A DNA stretch of 64,000 nt from Guillardia theta CCMP2712 (GCF_000315625.1 NW_005434650.1:462005-526004), one strand, 5' to 3'. Counted from the first letter of the stretch, positions 18,338 to 32,600 are shown. The notes: generated by a model from the letters alone, not told the origin. Program-made: numbers and translations.

Positions 18338-21335
18338 CTATTCTTCGTCCTCACTACTCGCCTCGCTCGAGGCTAGCGAGTCAACCTCAATATCATCGTC
18401 TGAGTCGAATTGAATGAACGAGGAGGCGCCTTCGAAACCGATTCCGTGCTCGTGCTCGTGCTCGTGCTCCTCAGCATGCACATCTCGACAGAGCAAGGCG
18501 TCTATGGCTGCAAGCATCAAGGCAAGTCAGTTACAAGAGGACGACCTATCCTCTCCCTCCCCCTCCCTCTACCCCCACATCCCTTCACTCCTCTCCCTGC
18601 TTGAGTGCCCCACACCTTCCAGCTGCAACCCAGCTGAGTTGCCGACTTGAAAATCACTTGAGATCTCAGCTTCCTGCTCAGCCTGCAGGTCCAACGTCAG
18701 CGGCGACGCAGCGAGCAAGGATCATCTGCTCACAAGCGCGAGACACTGAGAGTCGTCGGGGTCCTCCCGTGCTTCAGGAGCACGTCGATCGCCATACAGG
18801 ACCCCTCGCTCTGGCTCCATCCCCAACTTCATAAGCTCCTTGCAAGCTGCCCTCCTCTCCTCGCTTCTAGTCTCCAACGAGATCTCGCGGGTTGCCATGA
18901 CGCTCATCTCGTCGCTGGTGCTGGTACTGTCCAAGTTCTCCCCGGCAAGACTGACTTTCTCGGCTTGAGAAGGGGCGAACATGTCAGGGAGAGCAGAGAC
19001 ATGCGAGAGGAAAAGATCTAACGACTGCATCTCAGCAGCCCTCCTCTCCTTCTCTTCAGTCTGCTTCCTGACGAGCAGGTCAACCTCGTCCAGTGCCTCC
19101 ATGAGGCGATTGTTCTGCCGCAGCTGTTAGCAAGAGAGCGATGGGGAAGGGAGACAGGAGAGGCGATAGAAGTGACACAGGAGAGGCGATGGAAGTGACA
19201 CAGGAGAGGCGATGGGAGGGTGAGAGAGGGGGAAGTTCGATGGAAGGAGAAGGCGAGAATCGACATGGGGGACCGTTGAGTCCTTTTTACATTACCTCTC
19301 TGCGCTTCGAGTCAAGATCCAATCTCAACGTATTGACTTGCAACTTGAGGGATTCGATCTCCTCGACATGTTGCGCAATCTTCGCCTTCAGATCTTCACG
19401 CTCTTCAAGCCCTTCGACTTCTCCCGGAGCTCCTAGTTCTCCCCCAGCAAAAGGATTTCGATCCATACACGCATCTCTGATATGGAAGTTCGAGTCTGTC
19501 CCATCCTCTGTCTGCAAATCTCTATCACGATATTCCTGCCTGTGGGTCTGAGTCTGTGCTTGACCAACTTCTTTCTCCTCTGTCTGCGAATAGCTTTCAC
19601 AACCAGACTCGCACGTCAGAGTTTGAATGCAGGCCTCATTGCATGTCAAGACTTGTTCTGTCTGAGTACCATATTCCTGGATTTCGCACAGGGCTTGTTG
19701 TTTTCGCTGCAGACTGTTCAATCGCTGTATTGTCTCCACATACTCTTGCTCCCTATTGTTGAGTTGAACCTGCAGTTGCTCGTTGATCGAACGAGCTTCC
19801 CTTTCCTCCCTCCGAATCATCTCCACATCTCTCTGGAGAGACTCGTTCTCCCGCTGTTTCATCTCCATCTCGTAGCTCAGAGTCGATATCTCTGCTCGCA
19901 GTCGATCGCATTCGAGATCCTTCACCTTCATCTCCTCCGACTCTCTCTGATAGCACTCGAGGTAGACCAGCTTCTGCTTGCTCTCCTCCGCCAGCCTCTC
20001 CTGCAGCACCTGCCTGTCAAAAAAAGCAGGACTCTGATGAGGGCGAAGACCTCAAGCTCGGTGGATCCCCGTTGGCTGTCGAGCTCTTTCTTAACTTGAT
20101 CCTTGATTTCCTTGAGTTCATCACCGGCTTGCAAAAGGGCTTGCTTCAACTGCTCCCGCTCTGCCTCGTGCGAGGTCCTCTGCTCGCTGCTCAGCTTCTG
20201 TTCCGCCTGTGACAGTTGACTCAGTCATCGTGCCGTGAGTCACAGCAAGAGCGAGGACCTCAATCATCAGGTTCGCTCTCTCCAGCCGCTCTTCCAGCTC
20301 GATCTTCTCGTGCTCGATCCTCAGCATCTCTGCCTGGATCGCCTCGTGCTCATGATCGAACTCCCTGCGCATTCTTTCCTTCATCGATCTCACTTCCTCC
20401 TGCAACTGTGCAGCTCCAATCACAATGCGCAAAGCAACCAACACCAGAGTCAGCAGGTACAACTCAGGTGCTATACCTTCTTCATCTTCATCGTCAGCAT
20501 CTCTCGGAGGTACTCGGATTCTCCGAGTCTTTCTTCAGCACACTCGGCTCGCTCTTTCTCCGCCATTACCTTCCTGCTGAGATTCTGCACACAAGGTCAG
20601 CTCACAGAGACGGCTGTGTGCACAGACCTCGATCTCCCTCCTGCATTGCTTCAGCTCTCGTCGCACGTGCAGGGCATCCAGCGGATCGCCTTCCTGACGG
20701 GACTTGAGCGAGTCGATCTCCTTCTCCCTCTCGATGATCTTGTTGCAGACGCCGTCAGCGATGGCGAAGATGAAGAGACCGAGTACCATCATTTTCAGCT
20801 CCTCCGCAATCATGACGCTCTTCTCTGCTTCTAGCTTCCACCTGTTTACTTCATCGTGCTTTGCTCGGGCTTCTTGTCTGGAAGAAGAGGAGCTACATCT
20901 TGAATCCTCACAGTCCGACATGTCCTCTTGATCGCTGCCCCATGCTCCAACCCTTGTCTTTACACTCATCTTCCTCCAAAGCATTTTGTCCTTGTGACCG
21001 CCTTGCTTGACGGATTCCTACTCACCTCAATGATCAACTGCGTTCAATCATTCGGAACTCACCTCGAATGATCCTGCACCTTCGCCAAAGCTCTTCCTTG
21101 ATCGACTGCGGTCGTCGGGAGCTAAGATCCTCTTCCGATTAGATATGCTTTTGTACATTGCCTGCATTTGAGCCAAATAAACACACATCATAAATACGAA
21201 GAGCTTCAGCTTGTCCTGATTGATATCTTCGCTCAATCTACGTGTCCTTCTGACCTTAATTCTCCTCTGTGACTCATGTGCTTCCGAAAATGATATCGGT
21301 CTGAGCCTTTCCCCAATATTCTGCCCTCGCGACAT
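18338..21335 (-). CDS. Large coiled-coil protein with clustered TQT-like motifs
   Basis: Series of E/K/R/Q-rich minus-strand exons with GT-AG boundaries. No catalytic domain recognised; ends are approximate. Confidence 0.6.
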
Positions 21336-21465
21336 TGTATCCAAGTGCGTCAACCTTCCTCTTTCCCGAATCTTTATCAATCTTTCTTTCTACTAGTTTG
21401 CAACCTCCTCTATCCATCCTAATTTCTACTTGTTTACCATCCTCTCCGTTTCCTCTGTCTGCATC

Positions 21466-21560
21466 TGCATCCTTGTCTGCATCCTTGTCTGCATCCTTGT
21501 CTGCATCCTTGTCTGCATCCTTGTCTGCATCCTTGTCTGCATCCTTGTCTGCATCCTTGC
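21466..21560. repeat. 12-bp tandem repeat (tgcatccttgtc)n
   Basis: About 8 consecutive units. Confidence 0.9.
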
Positions 21561-22995
21561 CTGTCTGCCGCCTCTACCATGGACGGGCCCCATGGCGCGA
21601 AAACCCGGTGGAACCATATCCCCCCTCTTCCCCTCGCTGGACAGGCAGACTCTGAGGCAGCCAGGCAGCTGAGGCAGACTGATCAGCAAGGCATCCAGGG
21701 CCTCATCCCCCAACTGATCCATAAATCATCACCCTCATTTCATGCAACTCTCGATACTGCCCTCACCCCCACAAATCCATAACCCACCCCCATCTTCCTG
21801 TTCCAACACCAAGTTTTTCACTACCCTTACCCCCTCTTTTGATACCCCCACCCCTTGGGATTGTTTTCCCACCAACGTGCTTGCCTCTTGAAAAATTAAA
21901 CGGCAAGAGGTAGGGTCCTTGAATGTCACAAGTACCCGGGTCCTTGACTATATTGCATTGGGGGATTACGGGGTACTTGCTGGTGAATTCTATGGGTGGG
22001 GCTCTCGAGCAGCAGTCTTCATTTACCGGTGTATTATCCTGGATATTTGGTGGTAGGGGTAGTTTCGAAGGGGGTTCTGAATGACTTTTTCCGCTCGGGG
22101 GTGGGTAGAAAATGGGGAGCAGACAGGTGACCCATAGTCATTAGGGTGGGGTAGTGAAATATACCCCATGATAGACTGAAATCGCTACGGAAGAATGGGG
22201 TACTGGACAAAAGGAATGGGGTGGTAAATTCTTGACGGGATGTATGAGTGGTCATTGGACATTTTTGTTTTTTCCATCACGCTGTGGGGAGGGGGTGCCA
22301 TAGCCATTCGAGCTGGGGTGGGGGTACGGACTGTGTTAGTACGGGGACACACAGCAAGAGGTTCGCAGGGGGAAGAGCAGGGGGAAGAGCAGGAGGAGGA
22401 AGGGAGGATAATGATCTCCAGGGTAAGGATGAGGACGGTGATGATGGTGAGGATGAGAAGATGGTTGGAGATTACGTCGTGGCAGACGATCAGTTACAAC
22501 AAACGACAACAGCCTATCGAATCAGGAGCGCAGGAGGATGAGGTCGAGTGAAAGCAGGCGTGGAATGAGAGGATCCCAGTGAAGTGATAACATCAAGGAG
22601 GGCTGTGTGTTGAAGGACGGGACTTTGTTAGAAGATAACTTCAGAGTAGTCTATTACAGCTTTTCAAGAGTCGAAGTGGCAGGGTTTAAGAGTTTGAAAT
22701 ACCCTTGGAAGATTGTTCTTGCAGTTGTTGTAGAATGCCCAATCAAGGCCAGTTTTGAGGTTTTCTTACGAGATAATCGAGTTATGGTTGCAATTGTAAC
22801 CATGTGATGTACCGTTGCGACAAGACCGAAATTCTTCAGTTCTTTTTCTTCAGTTGTTTTCACGTGTGATGTGATCCTAGAGTGCCCGATGTCGCCTTTC
22901 ATTGCTGAACCATGATTCATGACAGATTTCAAGTAATTCCCTGCTCTGAAGCTAGGCTCCATGACATAACCTCCTCCTGAACCTCTTGGTTCTCC

Positions 22996-24584
22996 ATGCA
23001 CCCCACCCCCAGCATGCAAACAGAGTTTTCCATCTTTCCTTCACATCCAGCGGGAGAGGAGGGGATAACAGACAGGAAACACCACAAGTCGATTTTCAAG
23101 ATCGAGATCGATGTCGAGGACAACCGTCACAGGCTTATCGATTCTTCTCAAGAGAAGACCTCCTCTTCCTCCTCCTATTCCTCAGCCCCCCACCCTCCTT
23201 CCTCCCGCCCACCACATGCGCAAGATGCCCGATGGGCGGCCAGGGTCGTTGCATTCCAGAACGGAGCGTGCAAGGTCATATGGAACAAGTACTCCATCAT
23301 CTGGCTCATGTCCACGGGCATCAGTCCCGTTCACATCGGCATGTTGAAGTCCGTCGGCCACCTCGTCAAGGCCTGTGCGCAGCCGCTCTGGGCGGTTATT
23401 GCTGATCGTCAGAGCACACTAGGTGAGGTCCCTGTGGTGCCCTGAACTGTCTTGCTGACGTCACGGTGGTAGATCGAGAGAACCAGCTCTTCTCGTTCTC
23501 CTCCCTCGCGCTGATCGCGTCCATCTTCTCAATGGAGATCTACAGGAGGTGCGTACAGTCGGACCTTTACGTGCTGTTCATGGCGCGGATCGCACTGGCT
23601 TCGCTCTCAGCGGGGCTTTCGTTGGTGGATGTAATCATAGCGGACCTTTCCTCCAGGAGCAGGGAGGGATACGGCAAGAATAGGATGTTCTACTCTGTGT
23701 CTTGGTGTGGGCTATCTCTCCTGGGAGGAGTGCTCATCGACAAGTTTGGGATCGGCGTGATCTTCCTGTGCACATACGTGTTCAGAGCCTGCCTGACGAT
23801 GACTCTCTGCTACCTGCAGTACACGATGCCATCGCCCCATGACGGTTCAGAGCTCGAGGCCCTCGACAAGGAGTCCGGGGGAGGGGACGGAAGTGACGCT
23901 GGAGGGGCGACGGGCGATAGGGCGGCAGTGGTGGGGTATCGAGAACTCCTGCAGGAGAGGGTCGTCAGGGATCTTCTCCTCTCCAACTTCATCTACGGGT
24001 TCGTCTACGTGGTCCCGACAACCATCACAGTGATGCAGCTGGAGGACCAGTTCGAGACCGGGAGGACTTTCATCGGGGCCGTGGGCGGGGTGATCATCTT
24101 CGGCACGCTGCCAGCGTTCTGGTTCAGCAAGAGTATCCTGGACAAGGTCGGGCTGATGGAAACTCAGAACTGGACCATGCTCCTGTTCGCGGTCGTGCTG
24201 TTCCTCTACTCGTTCGTCACGCAGCAGACGGTCTACGCCTTCCTCGTCCTCTCAGCTGTCAAAGGGGCACTGTTCGCACTCTTCACCACCGCAAGCGTGG
24301 AGTCTGCCACTGTGAACGTGGACTCGCGCTTCTTCGTGGTGACTCAATCTGCCATCAGCTGGTGCCACTACACCTTCGGCGCGGGTATCGGAAACATTTT
24401 CTGGGCCTTCATCTACCAGAAGCTGGGTTCCACTGCCGTCTACCAGTTTGCCTCGATATTCATGCTCGTCACCTACATCCTGTTCACCGAGACCTCGAGG
24501 GTGGCGAAGGCCCTGAGCATGAGCGTTATCCTCGTCGCTGTCCTGGTGGGTTGGAAGTTTATCGGTGAATTTCTGGAGGACTGA
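22996..24584 (+). CDS. Major facilitator superfamily transporter (MFS_1-like/MFSD6-like)
   Basis: Multiple TM segments, AQPLWAVIADR and YGKNRMFYSVSW..LGGVLID motifs; one intron at ~23423-23472. Confidence 0.85.
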
Positions 24585-24690
24585 TGAAGTTTTTCTGCCG
24601 TAACCCTGAGATTCTCTGGGCATGAACTTTGAACTTGCTGTTTATAACTTTTGAAAATTGAGATACTCCCTCTGTCGCTGCCCCCTCCCC

Positions 24691-25515
24691 TTAGTCGATC
24701 GGGCCCAGGTAGTCGTCCAGGATTGTCCCTACTGCACTCTGCAAGTACGTCACTGGGTGCTACACCCCCATCCCTCCCCCAGTCTTCCCCTGCCCTTCTC
24801 GAAGCACAGTGGACTTACACATTGGGAGATGTCGTTTTGAATTCTCGTTCCCAGTATGCGCAACCGGAGGTGGGTCTTGTCTCCGATCACTATTCGCTCA
24901 TCTCGTGACATCCAACACCTGAGCAGCAGCAGCAGCATCACTGGCCGGCAACTCGAGGCGGGTACGCACGGAGGAGTGTTGTCGCCGCGCCATTCCAACC
25001 CATTGTTATCATCCGCCAGGTTTGCTTTTGCGATGAAGACCTTCAAACAGCCTCATGAAATCATCTCTTCTCATGTTGTCTCACCTGCAAAGGGCCGCAC
25101 TGCACAAACAGACCCTGGGCGGCCGAGCTCTTCACCACTCCATTGAGCACCTCTCCTCTATCAACGCCAAGTCAAGAAGAAGGTCACTCGAGAGGTAGAC
25201 GAATACTTGAAGGGCTTGAAGACAATCGCGTCATAAGGGACCGTGAAGACAGCCGTTCCTCCCGGATGCATACCCGTGGGCATGATCTTGCCTTCCAGGT
25301 TGTCTACGTCAATGTTGAAGACCTTCAAGACGATGCCATATCGCTCGCTGCAAGAGTTCTCAACCTTGAGACAGACCGTCAGGGGCAGGTGGAGCAAGCA
25401 AGACAAGATCGACCTCATCCTGTAGCCTCTGCTTGATCACGACCGCAAGGCTGGGCCCATAATACTTTGGCTCTATCTGGAGGTTCTTCGACAGCCTCTT
25501 CACGTGAAAGAACAT
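24691..25515 (-). CDS. RPB7: RNA polymerase II subunit RPB7
   Basis: MFFHVKRL...EPKYYGPSL, CSERYG, F.VPYDAIVFKPFK, GLFVQCGPLQVFI, LRLRILGTR and C-terminal AVGTILDDYLGPID*. Confidence 0.9.
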
Positions 25516-25705
25516 GACGTCCTTCTCCTTCCGCACGGAGAGGACTTGAAGAGTCTGTACCACTCACCACTTCTTTCTCAGAGAACCTGGTGACTTGTCA
25601 ATCATTGCAAACGAGCTCACGGCAATGCGCTTGCAGTCCAAACGGTTCGTGCAAATAGATGCTGGGTCTACTTGAATGACTCGATGCCTCTGTTTCTGTT
25701 TCTGC

Positions 25706-25801
25706 CATAAATCCTTCCTCACATAAATCCTTCCTCACATAAATCCTTCCTCACATAAATCCTTCCTCACATAAATCCTTCCTCACATAAATCCTTCCTC
25801 A
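25706..25801. repeat. 16-bp tandem repeat (cataaatccttcctca)n
   Basis: About 6 units upstream of RPB7. Confidence 0.9.
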
Positions 25802-26606
25802 TCCCCGTCTGACTTCTCTCTCTCTCTCTAAACAACATTCTGTAAGTCCTTACAAATCTCCTCAGCTTATAAACCTGCCCAAGACAAGCTACAGCTTCAT
25901 CTGCTTTGCCTTCGATGTTCCCTCCATCATGTTCAACATTCCACTTTGCAGGTCTTCATACTCAAATTTCTCTCTCCATCACAATTTCCTTTGGCTTCTT
26001 TGGCTTCATCCGCAACTTACTGCTCTCCCGAGCATACTGAAAAATGAAAGCACTTCACTTGTAGTATTTCTATCTATACACAAATCAATCAACCATGTAA
26101 CATTCCTGCTCCTGCACTCCATTTGCCTACATCCATCCTTCCCCATCAGTTCCTCCTTCTCCTCTCCCTGTGTCATCATCATTTTCATACTCCTGCTGCA
26201 TGTCCTCCTCCTCACAGTGCTGCCGCTGCTGCCCCGCCCGCTCCTCCTCGTGCCTGCCCATACTCAAAATCCGCGCTCTTCCATAATTCTTACCACCCCA
26301 CCCCTGACCCCCATTATCACCCCTTTAGACTATGAGAAATAGGGGGGGTGTAGGAACACAACGTACCCCCAATTGTAACCCCCCCCCCCACCCCCCCATC
26401 AACTGTCCCCACCCGCCTCAGAAAGCACCCAAGGATTTGTGGGTGGTATCTACATACCGGTACTTGAAAGGTAAATTGGTGGGGTATTTTAGTACAATGG
26501 AAGGTGAAAAAACGGGGGTGGGGGTGATCTAGAGCGAAAAGTCACAGACATGCTGCTGTATGTGTTTCCACAGGTGAGGAGGAGGAGGAGGAGGAGGAGG
26601 AGCAGG

Positions 26607-26637
<31 letters not shown>

Positions 26638-27099
26638 TGATCATGAGCAGGAGCAGGAGGAGATGCTACACTGGGAATGAGGATGAAAGAGGAATATGAG
26701 GGGTGAGACTGAGAGGATGTTGAGAACAAAAAGAACGAACACATAGGTCAGGAGGGATGATATGGAGCTGTAAGATTTGAGAATGCATGGGCAGGAAGAG
26801 GATAAGACGAGTTAAAGGGTGCCTTGAGGATGCGAAAGTGCTCAACAGATCCAAAGAAGGTCTTGCATGACAGGAGATTGGTATAGCAACCGCCATCTCT
26901 TTTGAAAGGCAGCAGCCACAAATAGTGAAGCGGTGGGATGCACTTTGCAGATATGGTGGTAGGCAAGAGATTGAAATTGAAACGGTTTCTCAAGGGGAGC
27001 AAAGCAGCAAACCAAGGAGCTCATGAAGAATAGATTGCAAGAGCACTCTATTTACTCTGGACTTTGTGCTGTTTTTTGTGCTATTGTTTCATTATCCAG

Positions 27100-27426
27100 A
27101 TGTTCATTCAGAAGATGATTCAGAGCCAATCATTGAGAGAGCGAGTTTGGATTTGATCCACTGACATCTCCTGCCTCTCCTACACCCTGACTGTCATTCG
27201 TTACTTTGCAGAATGTCACGATGCTCAACAAGTGTGTAGTCGATGGCGTTGGCGTAGACAACAACCCATCCTGTAGAATGTGGGGATGGTAAGACACTCC
27301 TGTTGTTCCCTCAGTTCAACTGTTCATCACTCTTCTCCCCTAAGCAGGTACTGGGATGGACCTAGTCCTCAGACACCCCAATACGGCGATTTCGTGTCCA
27401 GCTGGAATTACCTCGACGCTCCATGA
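27100..27426 (+). CDS. Putative three-exon 66-aa microprotein
   Basis: Exons 27100-27144, 27212-27288 and 27348-27426 join in frame via GT-AG introns: MFIQKMIQSQSLRERNVTMLNKCVVDGVGVDNNPSCRMWGWYWDGPSPQTPQYGDFVSSWNYLDAP*. Confidence 0.6.
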
Positions 27427-27534
27427 ACGCCTTGTACTGTAAATACTGAAGTTGCGACTGCAGCCTGATTGAATCAACTACTCGAATGGAATCGCTGGCC
27501 TCTTGCATTTCAACTTCCAACCCTCGGATACTTC

Positions 27535-28054
27535 ACGCCCTGCAAGTTGACCCATCCTCGGATACTTAACGCCCTGCATGTTGACCCATCCTCGTTCGAT
27601 CCCATCCAAGTCTCTCGTTTTAGTTGAGCAGTGAGGGATTTCATCCTTATACTCTCACGAGCATCACCTCAGTCCTCCAAGCTGAGTCCAGATTGGCAAC
27701 GAGAGCTTTCGTTCTCTCATGTCGCCTCGTAAAGGACTAGAGAAGCGCTGCTATCTAGATGTTCGATGGCGTCGAAGCACGGTTGTGACTGACCAACAGA
27801 TTGCATGATACAAGTCCTTTCTTCATCAACTTGTTTCCTCATCATGACATATTCTTGTCAATGGTCTCGGGATGTGTCCACTTGGCTCACACAATGCCCC
27901 TCTCCTCTACTTCTGTCTGCTCCCCTCCCCTCCCTCCTTCTCCTCTCCTATCCCATTCTCTCCTCCACGGCCATGTCCACTGATCCCTGCACTGCTCACC
28001 TTGAATGTCACAATGTCACTGACTGGTGGGAGCATTGGATTCCATGGGAGGCGT
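27535..28054 (+). repeat. ~520 bp dispersed repeat, copy A (inverted relative to 45070-45590)
   Basis: Reverse complement of 45070-45590 with few substitutions; ~34-bp tandem subrepeat at the outer end. Confidence 0.9.
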
Positions 28055-29628
28055 AAGATTCCAGCAAGAATCTTTCGGATAAGATCGGGTCTGCATCCTG
28101 AGGTAAATGAAGAGAAGATTTCGCAAATTGTGTCTGTAAGGTGTGAGATTGCAATTGGCACATCATTGTTCCTGTCTACTCTCGAATGTTGATATCTTGC
28201 AGAACTACATGGTAGCATGTCAGTATTTTGTTAAACACCTAATGCACTAAGCTCGCTGATTATCTAGAGTGATATTCTTGTATATCTTGTTGTAATTGAT
28301 CAACAGTATCATTATCAGAGGTAGCCCAACATGCAATACGCTCATACAGTGACCTGTGCTTTTTCTGATAATTATTTACTTGATTTCGAAGTCTTTCCAT
28401 CTCCATGTGCAACTGGAGCTCATCATGATGCCATTTCCCCTGATCTCCTTGTTGAAACAAGGTGAAGAAACGAAAAAATCATTCTCGAAGTTCTCTGCTG
28501 TCTGTCCCAAGAGGTTGCCTAGCACTATCAACCTGTCTCGTACTTGAGAGAAGGTGATTAGTTGAAGGCTTAGTTTCAAATCCTTGGCAGCAACTTGAAG
28601 CAACATATCATTCGTGTTGTTGATCTCTACATTTGCTTGCCCATAATTTTGCAGGAAATGCAACAACTTCAAAAAAATTGCATCAGTGAGACTTGAACGA
28701 TTTTCTAAATCTGTCAAGTTGGAGTCAAAGAGAGCTTGTCGACAACGTGAACACCCTCTGATACCGTTCTCGGGATTTTTTGGATGCTGTTGGAACTGTG
28801 CCTCGTGTTGCACATAGGGCAATCCTCTCGGCATGCTCTTATCTTCTTCATGGTGAGGATGCAGAACATGTTACCCACTAGTATGTTGATTGTGTTTCTC
28901 CCCATGGTGCGTCATAGATCTTGCGTTCTTGCCTTCTATCCGCTGCATGGCCACCAACTGCGATGTGCATCGTAGTCGGACGGAGGGTATTTTTAACTAA
29001 ATATTTGTACCAATTCAGGTCTGGGTGAAATGGTTGGCCCGCAGATCAGATGGAAATTATTCTTTTTTTTGGGCCGAATCAGTACTGTTTTTTTTAATGA
29101 CCATGTGTAAAACGTAGGGTCCTCCGGCAGGTCGACGACAATTTGGGTGGGTACGGGTACCGATGTAGACAGGTTGTAGGACTTAGTAGGGTAGGTACTT
29201 TCAAAAAGTGGGTAGGGGTACAAAAGTACCCGTAACTTTGACCACAAATTTCGGAGAATGAACAGGATAGGGTACAACATATCAGGGTACTTTTGTCAAA
29301 GTTATTGAGTACGGGGTCACACGTCTGTTGGTTGTCTAATTGAGGGGTGGGTGACCATTCACAAGGTTCTCAATCAGTAAAAGAATGACGGCATCGGGAT
29401 GGCCAGGGGGGCGATGGTGAAAGCGCAGAGGGGGAGAAGTGCGAGCATGACGGTGAACATGGAGAGTGAGAGCATGGTTCAACACTGAGACATCCATCTT
29501 GGCTCTCCTCTCCCGGCACAGTCCTTGTGCTCGTTGCGGTAAGGGACGAGAGAAGGTTGTGCGACTTGGAGTGAACGGAAGTCTCAATCGAAGTGAACGA
29601 GCAACCTCAGAGCGAATGTCACGACAGT

Positions 29629-32600
29629 ATGATGAGGAAATATCTTGGGGTATCAACACGAACTGTTGGGTTCTTCGTCTTCGCTGCAAATCTGTTCTTG
29701 TTCCTTCAATGGTCATTGGTGAATCGCTGGCGGAACAGGTAATCTAACTTCGTTTCGACTAGCACCATTGACTTGTTCTGAAGGAACAAGCTCGCTCTAT
29801 GTAGCATTCTACATCAAAAGTTGAAAGCAGGTAGTCGGAGTCACGGGTTCACCAGCTTGACCGACGTGAAGAGCTGGGAGGAGCTTGAGTGCAGCCGATT
29901 CTACCGCTCGCATGAGCTGAGTGACAGTTCCTTCCGCATCAGCCCACCCCGCACACCAAACAGCTCCTCCTCTCCTCCTCCCTCCTGCCCGCAAGCGTGC
30001 GTGGGTAGCTGGCAGCCGGGAGATTGGGTGCAGTGGTGCCCAGAGGACGAAAGAGACTGTGGGAGCACGTTCATCCCTTCGAGCCAGGACTGCCTGTACT
30101 ACTTCTACGATCGATGGGAGACAGCACGATGCCTGAGAGACAGCTGGGTTGTCATGCTGGGGAGCTCTGGAGTGACCAACCTAGGTGAGCTTCCTGGCTT
30201 GTTGGACAGTCTGCCCGCCTTACCTTCATGGCAGGACTGAGCTGGTTGTCGTCCCTTGACCCAACCTTGTCGGACTCGTTCAACGGTCCGCAATGGTACA
30301 ACATGAGCTGCTGGACGGAGAAGGGAGGCTGCTCGAAGCCGCTTCACACGGTCCCTGGCTTCGTGAACTTCGCTTACATGAGGCTGGATGTTGTCTTCGA
30401 TGGAGGAGGGAGAGTTGTCTACAAGAGCGGGGACAGAAACCTCTCTGACGCCCCTGTTGTCCCAGGAGGATGGAGACTGACGGTTATCCCTGTGCAGTAC
30501 GCGCATGAGGCCGTCACGCAGCTCAGAGACGCGATGAGGTGCAGCAGGGATCGGCAAGCGTCTCCCATCGTCTACGTGCAGGTGGGCCAGTGGTACCTCA
30601 ACGGGTTCGACGGGAAGTCGAGAGCATGGGGGCTGAACACGAGCGAGAGCCGCACGCTGCATGCGCTGAGGACAACGAATGAGCTCTTTCGGCTGTACAT
30701 GGAGGACATCGACTGGATGATCAGGAGGATGAAGACGATGCGCGTGTCGGCGATCGCCATCGGCAACATGCCGACCAGCAGGCACGCGTGCCGGAAGCGA
30801 GAAGCGCTGGGTTGCAGACAAGGGCTGAACAGGATCGTTGAGATGGTGGTAGAGGGGCACATGTCAGGCAGTAGTGCGAGGGGGGGAGGAGAGGGAAGGG
30901 AGGAGGAGGAGGAGGAGGAGGAGGAGGTGTCAGTCTTCATGGTTGACTGGTCTAGCGTCAGCATCGGGCAGCAGGGAGGAGCTCATTCGAGCCATCAGGC
31001 TGGTATCATGGGGATGCAGAGGATCCTGTCTGTACTCTGCGACCACGAGGACACGAGGACAGGCAGAGGAGGGGAGGGAGAAGGAGAGGAAAGAGCAGCG
31101 GGAGGGGCGGAGGAAAGGAAGAGAGCTGGAGAGCCAGTTCCAGGCATCGCGTCAAGGAGACGCTCGGCAAAGCAAGTCTGCGGGAAGTTTTCATCGTGGA
31201 GCTCCTCATGTGGGCCTTCAGGGGACTGGAGGACGATGATAGGGAGGAGATGCGATGTGAGCTTGTACAACATCACGGCGGAAGACGGCAGCAGCGTGAT
31301 CCGTGAAGTGATAAGTGGCAAGAGGAGCAGGAGGACGGGAAGGCTGATCATGTCAAAGAGCACGATCTCGCTGAAGGTGATGAAGAAGCTATCCGTCCCC
31401 ACCATCTCTCGCAGGATGCTGGAGCTCAGGCACGGGCTCCTCCTCCTTTTCGCTCTCCTGCTGGTGTACGTGCTGCATGCAGGTGAGATGGAAGAAATCG
31501 ACCTTGCCTGCTTGCTGCAGCTCCTCCGATCAGCTGGGAGACGAACCAAGAAGTCGCAACATGACTCGTTGACAAGTGCGGTTCCCATGCAATCTAGCAA
31601 ACAGTCAGATGCCGATGGTGCAGCATCATCCTCGTCAACGCCAGGGACAGAAGCAGGAGCAGGAGCGGGTAGAGGAAAAGGGGGCGAGAGGTTGGAGGCG
31701 ATCAGCGGAGCTCGTCTCATCGCATCTTTGCATGTCGTTGGTACACACCTCTCCCGCCTCTCCTCCTCCTCCTCGCATCCATACCTGCTGCAGTGGGGAT
31801 ACACGTGGGTCCCCTGGTTCTTCCTCTTGTCCGGCTACATTTTGACATTCGGGAGGGTAACGAGGAGGTCGAGGGCCGACGATCTCGATCCTCTGCAGTT
31901 TGTGTGGAAGCGATTGGCTGCTGTCTACCCGCTTTACATCTTTGGTGATATGCGTGTTGCTTGACTTCACTGTCCCGTCTGCTCATTCTCGATTTGCTTC
32001 CTGCCTCCTGGTTGTTTGTTCTGCAGGTCTTTTGTGCCCTTGGTGTATATCCTTGCATGTTTTTGTCTTCATCCTTGCACTGTGTTGTTCGAAGAAATCA
32101 CGATGGTCCTTGTTTGACCTCTCCACGTGATTGTGCAGGATTTGCAGTTTCTTTGATCTCTTCGCTCGGCTCTCACAACCTTCTTCGCTCCTTCTCCCTC
32201 TCCTCCATCATCATCCAGATGTTCTTGCTTCAATCTTGGTTCCCCTCGGAGACAGAGCACAGCCTGCAGGTAAGCAGGGGAGAACGCTTCTTGTCTCGTC
32301 AACAACTCCTCCTGTCTTTTCATAACCTCAACATGACTTCTCTACAACTCCATCTCTCCTCTCGCTCTCTCTCGCTCTCAATCGGTTGATTGTCGTTTTC
32401 CGACAGTCCCAGTGCTGGTTTCTCAGCTCGATCGTTCCCTTCTGGTACATGCACAACACGACGCTCAAACGTCTCCTGCTGCTGGATACCAAGGTTCTTG
32501 ACCCCCTTGGATGTCATGGTCGTTGATGCCAGCTTCTCGCTCAGAGGCTTCGCCTTCTCCTCTCGCTGCTGTTTGTTTTTCCTTGGATCTTCCTCTTCGT

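Noticed and set aside
22607-23019. Short ORFs upstream of the MFS gene
   Set aside because: No motifs or splice support; likely promoter or UTR.
28060-28905. Minus-strand gene or transposase next to repeat copy A
   Set aside because: Only fragmented frames with no recognisable catalytic motif; possibly a pseudogene, but not supportable.
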